A DNA stretch of 64,000 nt, from contig DF237348.1 of NCBI GenBank assembly GCA_000708835.1, positions 1 to 64,000 on the forward strand, read 5' to 3'. A program made the translations under genes and the position numbers. This stretch comes from Klebsormidium nitens (taxonomy: Eukaryota; Plantae; Klebsormidiophyceae). The notes below the pieces were generated by a model that saw nothing but the letters and a program-made list of their open reading frames with translations, had not been told where the DNA came from and did not search any database. The stretch's first letter is position 1. Every line of letters starts with the position of its first letter. Positions 1-11,700 of the stretch are shown here, one piece after another.

Positions 1-497
1 GAATGTTGCCGGCGATTCGTCCGGCATGCCCCGGCACGGTCGCCGTTGCCGAGCGGCGATGTGTCTTTATACCGTGCCGCGAGGTGCCGGCGGCACTGCC
101 CGGCACCTTACCGGCGACCCCCGCTTTATCCGATGAAAACGCTAAAGATATCTGCGTCAATCATTAAGGCTTACGTTGACGAGTCCCGTAAAGCAAGTCT
201 GAGTAGTACGCAACGGCTTGCTAACATCAGCAACGGTTGACTCATAAAGGGGCGTTTTTCCTCTACTAATTCGTTCATCAACACAGCCTAAGTCGGCTGT
301 CGTTCGTCGACATGAAATGCCATTGGGATCCGTCCTGAGGACGCTCGAATGACGCTTTCTAAGGTTAGCTATTGGCCGTCATGTTCTGAGTGTCGGAAAA
401 GCGTGGTGCTGTCTCAAGGCATTAAAAATGAAGTTCGATACAGAATGACACCAACTGAACACTTGCTGGTCTTGTACCCATGAAGCAGGATACGGCC

Positions 498-987
498 CCC
501 GGGGTGGCAGCTCCATGGATAAAAATAAAAGCAATAAATCTTAATAAATGCATTTATCGTCAAGAATCCGAGTGAATATTTCACTTCCGTTTGCACCATC
601 GCATTCCTCTCGTCGAGCTGAGCACATATCACCACTTATATTCAGATTTTGTTTAGGGGGGGGTATGTTTATTCAATTTATTCGGCCGGATAAATACCAA
701 ATACTTCCAATAGTAGGGTGCCAGCACGGATATGCCAGGATTCAGACCCGAATATATTCAATAATATTGGATATATTGCTGATAAAATACAAATATGAGC
801 TTATACCTGCATTTAATCGAGAATTTGGATATTTATACAGTGCAAAATTCTCGAAAGCAAGCTTTTATATCAAATATATTGGATATATCGAATATATTTC
901 TCGATAGATATATCGGAAAAGCAAGCCCCTCCACCGTTGAATATTCTGGCAGGTACTACGGGTTATCCAGGGAGCTGCCACCCCGGG
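498..987. mobile_element. Non-autonomous TIR element (MITE), 490 bp, with 8-bp TSD
   Basis: 25-bp TIRs cccggggtggcagctccatggataa (498-522) and ttatccagggagctgccaccccggg (963-987) with 1 mismatch. Exact 8-bp direct repeat atacggcc at 490-497 and 988-995. AT-rich interior with repeated atattggatatat motifs. An 8-bp TSD fits hAT, P or MULE; superfamily not resolved. Confidence 0.92.
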
Positions 988-1473
988 ATACGGCCGGTAT
1001 TTGCACAAACAAGCTGGTCAGATATCGGACCACAATTGAATGCGCAATCAAAGAACCCGATACTTTGTTTTTCGCACGTGGAGCCCAAATTACCAGCACA
1101 CATGCAATTTTTCTCTGAACTCACAACCGCTGTCAACACATCAAACAACTTTCTGAATAGCACATCCTGAACTAGTACAAACATCTTGGCGCCCACGATT
1201 CTCCGGCAAGCTGTTCCGCTTGAGGTTTTCCTCCGGGAAATCTCATTCATGTTCTCCTTGTGCTCATATTGTCCACGCAAAGACATCTCTACTGTATCGT
1301 CCCAAAAATTTGACATCGAATGAAAATTTGGCCTGCAATTCGGAACATGCTCAAACGGTTACTTAGGTCGTGGGACCTAGAGAAGATCTCAAAGGCCCCC
1401 GCAGCTTAAGTATGATTCTGCCAAATGAAAACGACACCAAAAACGAGACCTAATCCTTGGGCTTACGAATGCA

Positions 1474-2356
1474 CTACTGTCCTTCGCTTCCTTTATCCAT
1501 CTCTGAACCAAGGGGGCCTTGCATTGCGATGTCACTGTACACCTTGCGCCCCTGTTGACGCTTTTCAATCAAGGCTCTGATGCCTGTGCAGGGCTGGGAC
1601 GCGCAGAAGAAAAAAACGAGATTCGTCGCAATGAACAACCCCGAACCCCACATGAGCATCGAACCCGCGAGCATGAGAAGGAAACTTTTGGGCCCGCGAG
1701 CAATATGATAGAGGGCCTGACCGGGAGCATCAGGGTAGAGCAGCTCTTGCAGTTGGTGACAGCTGTCAGCGAATCCTATGTACACCTGAGGAAGGTCTCG
1801 AATGGTGCACAGGTAGAGGGTGACGTTCTGGGCGCTGGATGCCAGCACGTGGCGGAAGCTGGTTGGGTCCGAGAGTGGCACGAGGCCCATCTTGACAGAT
1901 CCAAAGACTAAGGAATACAAGACCAATCCTAAAAGAGCCCCGAACACTGAGAGCAAGGACGATAGGCGGACCTGATAGGAGTCTAGACAGTCAAGCTCGG
2001 ACCCAATGCTTAACCACTCCCCCAAGCTGATAGACATCAGCGCTCTTTTTTTGCAGCTGGAGTGGGGGGTGATCTGGAAACAACGGGTTGAACAAAGTCT
2101 CATTGCCGCGGAGGAAAGCGTTGAGGGGCTCAGGATCAGGTAGGCTTGTGCTTCCTTCCACTTGTACGTGGTAGATCACTTGAACAAACTCGGGGGTAAC
2201 GTTGAACGACTCGCTTCTTCGAACTAGAGCTGCCACAAGGATTGCTAACAGGACCCTCAAGGCAGGGCCTCCTTGAAGGAGACTCCGTCGGTTACCTCTA
2301 CTGTAGGTCGCCATTAGTGCGCCGAACGCGAGGGGCCAAAAAGGCTGCTGTTGCAT
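1474..2356 (-). pseudogene. Orphan membrane protein, tandem paralog 1 (frameshifted, internally shortened)
   Basis: ORF 1991-2356 (signal-like N-terminus, LPDPEPLNAFLRGNETLFNPLFPDHPPLQLQ) and ORF 1474-2103 (NVTLYLCTIR..QVYIGFADSC plus TM segments) each align with the ORF at 3295-4290 but lie in different frames. About 65 aa present in paralog 2 are missing here. Confidence 0.6.
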
Positions 2357-3298
2357 CCGTTAACACAAACCTCAACAATCTACCGATTCCTGCCGCCCTC
2401 TTCGTGTGCAAAATTGAAATTCTAGTACTAGTGGTAAGGACCTGCCTCGTCTCGGGGGCGCTCACCGCGCGCTCGAGTCCTCGAAGCCACGTGCCAGAGG
2501 GTTTCGGGATTCCGCCTTCCGACCTGTCCGATTCCCGGGCCGTCCGGTCAAAGACACGCGGTCTGCCTGAGCAAAACAATCTTTTGAGGGGATAACATAG
2601 ACCTGCCCAGATCCGTTCATGCAGTTGAAAGGTAAAACTGCGGACAGGTGATCTCACGCGCGTGTCCCGCATGGAATCGAGCGAAACTCTATTGCATTCA
2701 ACGATATCATTGATGCATTGGTTCTACATGAAGACAACTCATGCATGATAGCCCAAAGATGACACCTAACGAGAAGCTCGTTAAGGGCCGCAGTCAAGGA
2801 CTGAACACTCTTGCCGCTGTTCCCAACGGCTAAATGAATATCGAGCAGCTATCCATGATCAGTTTCGTACGAGATTCCGGTTTCCGGCGGACATCAAAGC
2901 GGCCATTGCGATCAAGGCACGTAATGTGGTGCAGCATAGACTTGTCGTGGCAATCAGCGCGTCAAAAAGCAGGCAATCCGTCGTGAATTAGCTGCAAAAT
3001 CGAGGCGTTTGAGAGACATGTCGACTAGTACCCACTGGCGGGCAGATGAGGGAATGAAGCAAACGCGTGTCAGCTGTTCATACAGCTGCTAGCTCTTCAA
3101 CTCGGACCTCCTTGAGACATGTTCTCTGTTCTGGCGCTCGCTTTTTCTATGGATTTAGGACTTCTACTGCAGCACTTGGGTACAACGAGCAAACTCCAAA
3201 CTAGTGTACAGAAAGTTCTGCTGAAGACGAGATGTCACGGACTGGTCGAACCACAGATCTATGCAGCTACCTTTGCCTATCAACCCTATACAACTCAG

Positions 3299-4290
3299 CT
3301 ACACAGCCGATCCGGCCGGGGCCTGCATCTCGACATGATACACCTTGCGCCTCTCCTTGAGCCAACGGCACCCTTCAGCCAGGGCGCTTGGCCCCCAGAA
3401 GAAGAAGCATTGGAGCAATGCCCCCGTGAAGAAGAGCGCGGTCCAAAAGACGGTAAAATGGCGAAGACCATGAGGACTGTCATGTCAGGCCCATGCTCCA
3501 TCACAGCAGGGACAGGTGCCCATACTCCAGGGTAGAAGGCATCTTGCACTTGGTCTTGATTGCAACTCTGAGCGAAACCTATGTAGACCTGGAAGGCTCC
3601 TCTAATTGTACACAGGTAAAGGGTGACATTCTGGCCAGTCGACACTAGCAGCTGGTTCAGGCTGGTTGGTTCGGGCAGGTTTACAAGCTCGAGGCGACTC
3701 AGTCCAAAGATGGTCATGTATAGGACCACGCTTAGAACGATGCTGCCGGTAGATGTAACAAAAAGCCACAGTACACCAAAAGCTCTCTTGACTTCCGAGC
3801 TGTGAGCCCGAAAACCGAAGACAGAATCGAAGAGAAAGCCCAAGGCTTTGGTGAACAAGCGTTTGAAGGTCTTGCTAAGATGGCAGATGATTATGCAAAG
3901 AATGATCAGCCCGAAAAGTACCGCGTTCCAAATCCAACAGACCTTTTCATAGGTCCGCACGATTCTGTCTTGGTTAGCATTCTTAACCATGCCTGGTGCC
4001 TTGCCGCATCCGCCAGGGTGCTGAGCTGTGTAGAAGTCAAAGGCAGTCCGGAACAAACTAGATCTGCAGGCTTGCAGCTGGAGAGGAGGATGAGATGGAA
4101 ACAGTGGATTGAAGACGCTTGTGTTGGCCCTAAGAAAGGCGTTGATTGGCCCGGGGTCAGGCAGGCCGGTGCTCCCATCCACGTGAACAACCACCACCTC
4201 AACCGTGAAGTTAGCAGCTTCAGTTAGCTGCAACAATGTAGCTGCGACAAGCACAGCCTCTAGCAAGGCCAGAACGTTGGAGTTCGCCAT
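3299..4290 (-). CDS. Orphan intronless membrane protein, tandem paralog 2 (signal peptide, ~3 TM; apparent 1-nt frameshift near 3455-3458)
   Basis: The 331-aa ORF has an N-terminal hydrophobic signal, N-x-S/T sequons and TM stretches. After VLMVFAI an alternative frame reads FTVFWTALFFTGALLQCFFFW...RKVYHVEMQAP-stop(3299). This matches the paralog 1 C-terminus WGSGLFIATNLVFFFC...RKVYSDIAMQGP. Confidence 0.7.
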
Positions 4291-4750
4291 TGCTCAGGTG
4301 CGCTTCAGATTGCGATGCACTTCCGCAGCCCTCGCTCTTGATTTGCTCCACAGATTCTTCGGACTGGACCTCTGCAAAGGAGACTAGAGATTCTTGGAAC
4401 GAAAAAGCAAGGATGCTTGAAGACAGATCATCCGCGGCGCCCTCAGCCGTCAAAGTTCGCGCGCGGCCGGCCGCCGCATTCATTTCGCAAACGGGGGTTT
4501 TGCAGGGTTTCTGCTGTTGGGTCAGCAAAAGTTGGTTAAGTTTAACCAAGCAATTCAGCGGCTGATTTCGGGTTTCAATAATACTTGGGGTTATAAAGCA
4601 TGACCAACCTGGCCATGGAGGATACAGAATTCAGGTCTGCAGACCGCATCTGACTTGTAGAAAGCCTTACGAGCTGCCTATGCAACCTTCTGCGCCTCTG
4701 CTTCAGCTCTAAATTGTCTGTTCCTGCACCACTGCCTGCCGACCGCAGCG

Positions 4751-7656
4751 ATGGACGATGATGCGCTGTTGAAGGACTTCTTCGCTGAAGTCAGTGGAGT
4801 TGAGCGGGACAATGAGGTCGAAAGGGTGTTGAGCAGCTTCAAGCTGAATCCATTCGAGCACCTCAACCTTTCCTTCGACTCCACACCCGAGGAAGTCAAG
4901 AAGCAGTATCGGAAGGTGAGAGCCTCACCGGGCATGGTTTTTTTGGCCTTCAAAGTCATTTGTCTGCAAAAAACCTGCGAAGTTGTTATGGAGGGCGCAA
5001 GAAACCTGGAGCAAGCGACAGCTATTGTGCACTTGGTGCAATGAAAGTCTGGACGCCTGTGGCAATAAGTGAATGGGTGGGTAAATTTAGGGTTTGGATG
5101 TGTGGATGCTCACTTCACTCTGCTTGGGCAAAGTGGTTGTACTACCCATCGATGGACTTCAGAGGTGAGTATCTATCAGAATGCTGTTCAGATCATCCCT
5201 TCAGGTGCTGCATTTTTGAAAGATTCTCAGTGGTGATAAAAGGACAGGGCTTTGCTTGCGGCAGACAATGATGACCTGTGCTAAAGCTGAAAAGGAATGC
5301 GGCTATTTGTAACCTTGTGTTGCCTAGGTCCACTCGCGCCGGTGTCGCTTCCACCTTGTCAAATCTTCCCCGCTGGACTTCAAGGGGGCATAAGGTTCTC
5401 ACAAGAGCTGTTTGGAGGCGAAGGAACATGTGGCCTTTGTGTTCATTACAAAGCAGAACTACCTTATGGGGTTGCTTGAAGTCATAGAGCCCTCCGTTAT
5501 GCGCCTGACACATCGTTTTGACCACGCAGATCTCGCTCATGATCCATCCCGACAAGTGCCACCACCCGCGCGCAAAGGAAGCCTTCGCCGCCATCGCGAA
5601 GGCGCAGACCACGTTGCTTGACCCCGACGAACGCGGCTACCTTCTGCAGCAGATCAATCAGGCCAAAGGTGAGGGGGATCCCTCCGGAACATGCGTCAGA
5701 GTAGGAAGGGGGCTCATGTCAGAGCACGACAAGGTGATACGCCTCTGGAAAAGCAAGCTTTCTGCAATAGATCGATGAGGCAAAGGGTAAATGGCGACAA
5801 GCGGAAGAGTCTGTCAGAATTTGGACAAGGAGAAAGTCCGCTCACAATCGGAACCCGGGACGCTGTTGGACGGATGCCGGAGAGTCTGGCCCGGCAAGTC
5901 TCAGCCTTCGTTGCCTTCTCAGGAGCAAGATGGACGGCTCCTGAGTTTTGCCTCAGAGACCATGACGGCAGAGCTCGATTGAACCGTCAGATTGCGTTTC
6001 TTGAGACCATCCGACGGTTCAAAAGGCCAAGCGTATGTCGCCACCACCTTTCCACCGGTGTCCCCGGCTCCAGTACTGCGATATCTGTTTCTCCTTGTCC
6101 CCACTCTGTCAGGCAGTGGAAAGATTCGATGAGAAGGGCTGCGGTGTTTGACGTCTGAGGAGCTCCAATCAGCAACGTCTAGGGCGTCACATTGGAGTTG
6201 CATCAGGATCCGAACAGGCACGCGGGATGGGAGTCAATTTTGGACTCTCAATCCAACCTACCTCTCTTCAGCCACTTGACCACCAGCGTGATGCCATATT
6301 CACGAAGTCTCGATCCTAAACCGATGTGAAGTTGGACAATGTGGTGATCGACGTGGAGTGCACATACAAATTGACGACCTCTAACGGTCTTCAACTTGGT
6401 CAGGTTTCAGGCCCGTTGGGTTTCTAACATACGCTTCGCTTGCACCGACTCTACGCAGGGCAGCTTCTGTCGAGTCACCCACAGCCAGAAACCGTTATAC
6501 CTGAAACTGTTTGCGATTTCATCATGTTTTTTGACTGGATAAATCGTTGATTGCGGTTTTACAGAGGCGATCATCAAAGCAAAGAAGAAGGAGATCAAGC
6601 GGGACCACACGGCGCAGCTGCTGTCGTTGGTGGACAAGGATGCTCTCACCGAGTTCCTCAAAACGGACGAGTTCCAGGCAGAGTGGAAGAAGAAGACGCG
6701 GGAGCTCTTGACCGAGCACGTGAGCGTTCTTTCTTGTTTTGCTCTACTCCTCTTTGCGTCCCTCCTAAATTCATCACCCCTGTGGATCTAATAAAGTGTA
6801 CATTTTCCTGTTCTTATGTTTCGCAATGTGATGGTCTTTTGAGCCTAATGTGGGGCGCAGGCGTCAGAGGTCCATCTGTCAGAGAAACGTCAACGTCATC
6901 AATGGCAGAGAAATTGACGTCTTGGCTTCGGCCTTGGAACTTTCGGCTCTTGTCGGAAGACTGCTTGGGCCCTTTATCACATTTGGAGGAACGAAGCACT
7001 CCATGTAGCCATCTTTGTGAGGAAATCGACGGGTCGACTTGCGGCTGATACCATACTGTCGAGCAAGGATGCCGCCATCTTTTCGAATTCAAAACCCGTA
7101 CATGTGATCTTGCAATCTCTGCAATGTCTTTTCCAATGACTTTGTCAGGTTGAATCCCCTCAGCATCATAATCCAAAACCAAACCTTGTAGTGGCCCTCT
7201 CCAGTGCATCAGTATGTGGATACGGGTGAGCATCGACAGAATTTTTGCTGAGCGCTGCTCTTTGAGGCATCCTTCCTTGAAGGTGACGAACGTGGACAAT
7301 CGTGATATGTTGGGAGTCCACTCCCCAGCCTCAGCTCCGCACTTTTGGCACCCTTGCTTCGACCTTACCGGGCGGTTTCTACCGTGCAGGAATGGCGGCG
7401 ACGAAAAATGAGCCTGAGGATCTCCGAGGAGGAGGGCCGGTTGCACAAAGAAGAGGAGGAGACACGGGACATGTACAAGCGGAAGCGGGAGGAGAACGAG
7501 AAGTGGGAGAATACACGAGAGAACCGGGTGTCTAGCTGGCGGGACTTTCAAAAGGGGGGGAAGAAACCGAAGTCCGGGGGGCCGATCAAACCCCCCAAGT
7601 TGAAGACGGAGGACGCGACCAAGAGTTACATCCAGCGGCCGGTCATTAAGCGGTGA
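4751..7656 (+). CDS. DNAJC8: J-domain protein, DNAJC8/Spf31-like (4 exons)
   Basis: Exons ~4751-4915 (MDDDALLKDFFAEVSGVERDNEV...KQYRK), ~5531-5669 (ISLMIHPDKCHHPRAKEAF, HPD motif), ~6564-6719 and ~7391-7656 (EWRRRKMSLR...RVSSWRDFQK...KPPKLKTED), all with GT-AG borders. Confidence 0.9.
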
Positions 7657-8746
7657 CATTTGGTCAAGGGACCATCTCGTTTGTGTACATACTCGTTGGT
7701 TCCAGTTTTAGTGCCTTTGTGTTGCACTTGGGGCGTTGTCGAAGTCAATGACCCACATAATGTCCATGAGATCAGCCGTCGCGCCTCACTTTTGCTGGGT
7801 CCAAGCTGATTGAAGTCTGCTTGACGATGATTGTTTCGACCGACACAATTTCAGGCTGGCGTCGTCCGTCCACCCTCGTGAACGTTCGGTGTTTTCACAA
7901 GTGCATAAGCGATGTAGTACTTCAAGTATAAATGAGTATAGCAGTGTGTTCGCCTAGCAGCCTAGTGACTCGTATATTCGAATCTGAGTTCTCAAACTCA
8001 GCATAGCTGGGCTCCCATCAACCTGGGCCGGCTCAGCTGCAAACGCTATGATGATATCCTCTAAAAGCAACTTCATTAGCCCGCGACAGAGCTAAGCAAA
8101 GTCGCACATGCAGGCTATAGTATAACCAGAAAGCGGCATCATGGTGCAAATTATGTCATATCTAGTGACTGCAATCCCAACATAGATGACGGACGCTATG
8201 AGTATTGACAATATTTTTAACAAACAGTAAGTCCATGTTCGGCAAGTACGTTGTATATATATACGCAGATTAGTGGACATGCTCTTGTTCCAATGTATAC
8301 GGAGTTTCGCCCAATCAAGCCCATATCCAGAACTTGGAAATCAGACCTGGACGGTGAGGACACACCTCCTGAGACAGAGCGACTCTCGACAACTTGGGAA
8401 ACTTCTGATGACTGCCCTCAGAAGATGGCTTACGACTCCTTTGATGATTAGTGTCCTGACACTGCTCCAAGACTTCCACACAGTCCTGTTGATTTTAAAA
8501 CACTTTCTATGGCCGTTCAACTCCCTACCGAAACCACATATCCGAGCGCGCATCCACTTTGGAACGCCTTTCGATTCAGGCGCCTTCCAGACGCCTCTAT
8601 CCGGTCACATGACCGTTTTGATCTTTCGCTCGAGACGACCGACGCTCTATCTCCATCCAACATGGCTCGGTGCATTGTCGTGCCCGATGATTAAATAGCC
8701 GTACTATCCCAGGTTATGTGTGACGTATGCACCAACTTTGTATACA

Positions 8747-11700
8747 TTAGATCCGGCTCAGGGAGCCCTCGTCTTTTACCACTTGGGGCCTCCCTTCTAC
8801 GAGTCCGAGCATCTCCACGTTGCCCTCGTCATTGTCATCGATGTCGTCCACGTCATCCGTCTTCCACGTGGACTCATCCTGGATCTCGTAGATCGGCAGG
8901 GCGGTTCGAGCATCGGGTTGTGACGACCTGCAAGCGGACACGGAAGAGAACGATTCTCAACGCGTACGCCCCAGGAGCAAAAGATGCGGTTGGAACGGCA
9001 GACGCGATACTGGAGTGCCGTGCATTTGTACACCAAAGCAGAAATGCACATTGCGTAATTGCGCTCCAAAATTCGACAAAGGTTGGATGGTATTGTGCTT
9101 TGAGTGCTTGATGAGATGGTACTTTTGGAAGGGGGCCCTTTTCCGCTGGAAGGCACGTACGTGACCCTATTTTAAGGGACTTGACGAACAACCTTCACAT
9201 ACGTGTAGCTGACACTGCAATCTGCTCGTTAAATGTATGTAGGAAGTCCAGGGACACAAACGGCATTGAAGCTTCAGAACGAGGCTTCCGAGCAAGATGT
9301 CCAAGTGACGGCTTGCTGTCTGGGCGGGCCTTATAATTGCAGAAACTTCGACAGCCTTTAGGTTTGTTCAGGTAAAGTTTCGTAGAGTAATCGGATCGTC
9401 TTGCCTCTGCCCAATCTCCATTCGTTACAAAGTGTTTTCTGGCTGTGTGTGAGGCAAGGCATGAAGCTTCAATGGCCGAAACGTCAAAGCGCAGTTCATA
9501 GACCGCACACTGCGTTTTGATAAAGCGGAAGACTTGGCGAGTGACGACAGGGTCACATCCCATCCGAATCTCCCCACCCGGAAAGTCGATAGGGACTGTT
9601 GTCGGCCGCCTTACCCAATAAGGTTATAGTCGCCCGCAAGATCGTCGGTGTTGACCAGCTCTACTCTTCCGATGGAGCACAGAGCAAACCAGTCAATACT
9701 AAACCTCAAAACCCCCAACCCACGAAGTAGTAGAGGACCACAATCGGCCGCCTTACCCAATAAGGTTGTAGTCGCCCGAAAGACTGTCGGTGTCGACCAG
9801 GTGTACTCTCCCGGTGGAGCAGCGGTAGAGCGTCCAGAGCAGGCCGAAGAGCAGCGCACCGCAGATGGAGGCCAGGCCCAACACGAAGAAGTGCGCGCCT
9901 ATGTGCCAGCCCATGCGGTCCTGCGGGTTAAGAATAACGCAAAATTCAGGTACGACATCGAAAACTTCGAAACGCCTGTGGGTAAAGCTTAGGCAAGGGA
10001 CGACTGATCCGAACGGGAGGCGTTCGACGTCTCTAGGGCAGGCACCAAGTAATGCAGCTTTTTGCAGTTTGTACTGGGATTACATTTGAAAGACGAGCAT
10101 GAAAACGAGTAAGCTACATCATTCGTCCATAATCGCAGAGCTGTCGCACTTGCTGAATATGCTGCGGCCTACGAGTGTAGGATGTCCGCGCAGTGAAAGT
10201 GAACGACAGGAGCCAGGGCCGCCTGCACTTCAAAGATGCACTCGCTCCAGCAAGGGCGCCACCCCACCGGCGCATTCCCGCAAGATCCGTCATAGAAGCG
10301 CGAGCGCTTTCTTACAAACTGCGAGGTGTTCAGAAGGAGATTCAAAAAGGGGGTTGTTACTACGGGTCAATTCACACCGAAGGGGGCGCGTTCTCACCAG
10401 CGCGAGCTGCGTCCCGCCTTGCACCAGAAGCGCCAGCGTGGCATTGGTCCCGAAGAGCAGCGCGAACCGGCCGTTGGGAACTAGAGTGGCGGATTGCGCA
10501 AAGACGAGGCACAGGAGCATCTGCGCGATGCCAGCTGTCAGGATGAGGCTGATATAAGCGGTCCCCAAGCTCTCAATAAGCAGAGCCCCAACCGCTACGA
10601 CGCCGATAATTAGAGATCCGCCGAAGTAGGCCCAGCCGCCGTTACGCGCGACCGGGGCGGCGAGCTTGATGGCGATAAGCGCGCCGACGGCCGATAGGAT
10701 ATGGACGATGTTGATAGCGTATTGGTTGAAGAAGGCGTCGGGGGAGACCTCGGTGAGGAGGTCTGGGGCGTAGTTAAGGAGGGACGCGTTGACGGCGCTA
10801 GCGAAGATCCACCTGTCGACAACAGGGACTGCCTTAGCAACACTACTTTTTGCAACGTATATTACCCTTCAAATCGAAATGGCTTACTTAGTTTCGATTC
10901 GGACACTTCCTTATGTCGGCTTGGTCGCAAAGTTGCATCCCTTGCACCAAGCTCCATCTCTATGCGAGTCCGCACGATGGCACTTATGAGTTGACTGCTG
11001 CCAAGTGATACATGCCACTTTCGACGTCGAGCAAAAGGACGACCCACAACCGAGAATGTAAATTATAAGATACCACCGAGAACGACCATGGACAAAGTCT
11101 GTCGGAAGCTCACCAGAACGACAAGATGCACACTGGCAAGTTCTTGTACACTGCAACGAACTCGCCCAGAAGGCCCTGCAGTGGAAAAGCAGAGCCTCGA
11201 TATTCTGTGGCCGCGTGGCAGCGCAGGAGTCCTTCGTCACGTGTCTTCAGCTTCTCATCGCACTTCTCTTCGACCGGTTTGTACCGGCCGGACCTCGGGT
11301 TAGTATCTTTTCCCCGACCCAGTCTCAAGAAGTTTAAGCGACCACCGAATCGCGAAAGGGCTTATGATTGCGAGGCGACAACCTCGAACTCCGGCCTTCA
11401 GACTCACGGGCACACGCCCGGCCGGCCCTTGCCTGGTGAAAAGATTCACCATTACTCCTTACAAGAACTCAAGCCCCTCCGTTACTGTGGCAGCCCAAGA
11501 ATGTTCAAATCTCGAACTGGGCAATTTCGGACGGTTCGAAAGCGGACTTCTTTTGGGTGTCCGAGTATTGTCGCGTGCGTACCTCCCGTCCGAAGAAGCC
11601 CCGGAGGGGCAGGCGTGCGGAGTTGTTGCGGTCGCCCTTAGTGCGGTCCATTTCGTCACGGACCGGGTCCTGGGGTAGCAGCGAGGCCACAAACGCAGCG

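Noticed and set aside
1-120. GC-rich stretch with several ccggc(a/g) motifs
   Set aside because: It could be the subterminal part of a TE, but it is cut by the window edge and has no partner.
8251-8694. Two short ORFs in the same frame separated by one TAG (8449-8451), both ending in DD
   Set aside because: No recognisable domain, and it sits next to the carrier gene's 3' end. Readthrough or pseudogene status is unsupported.
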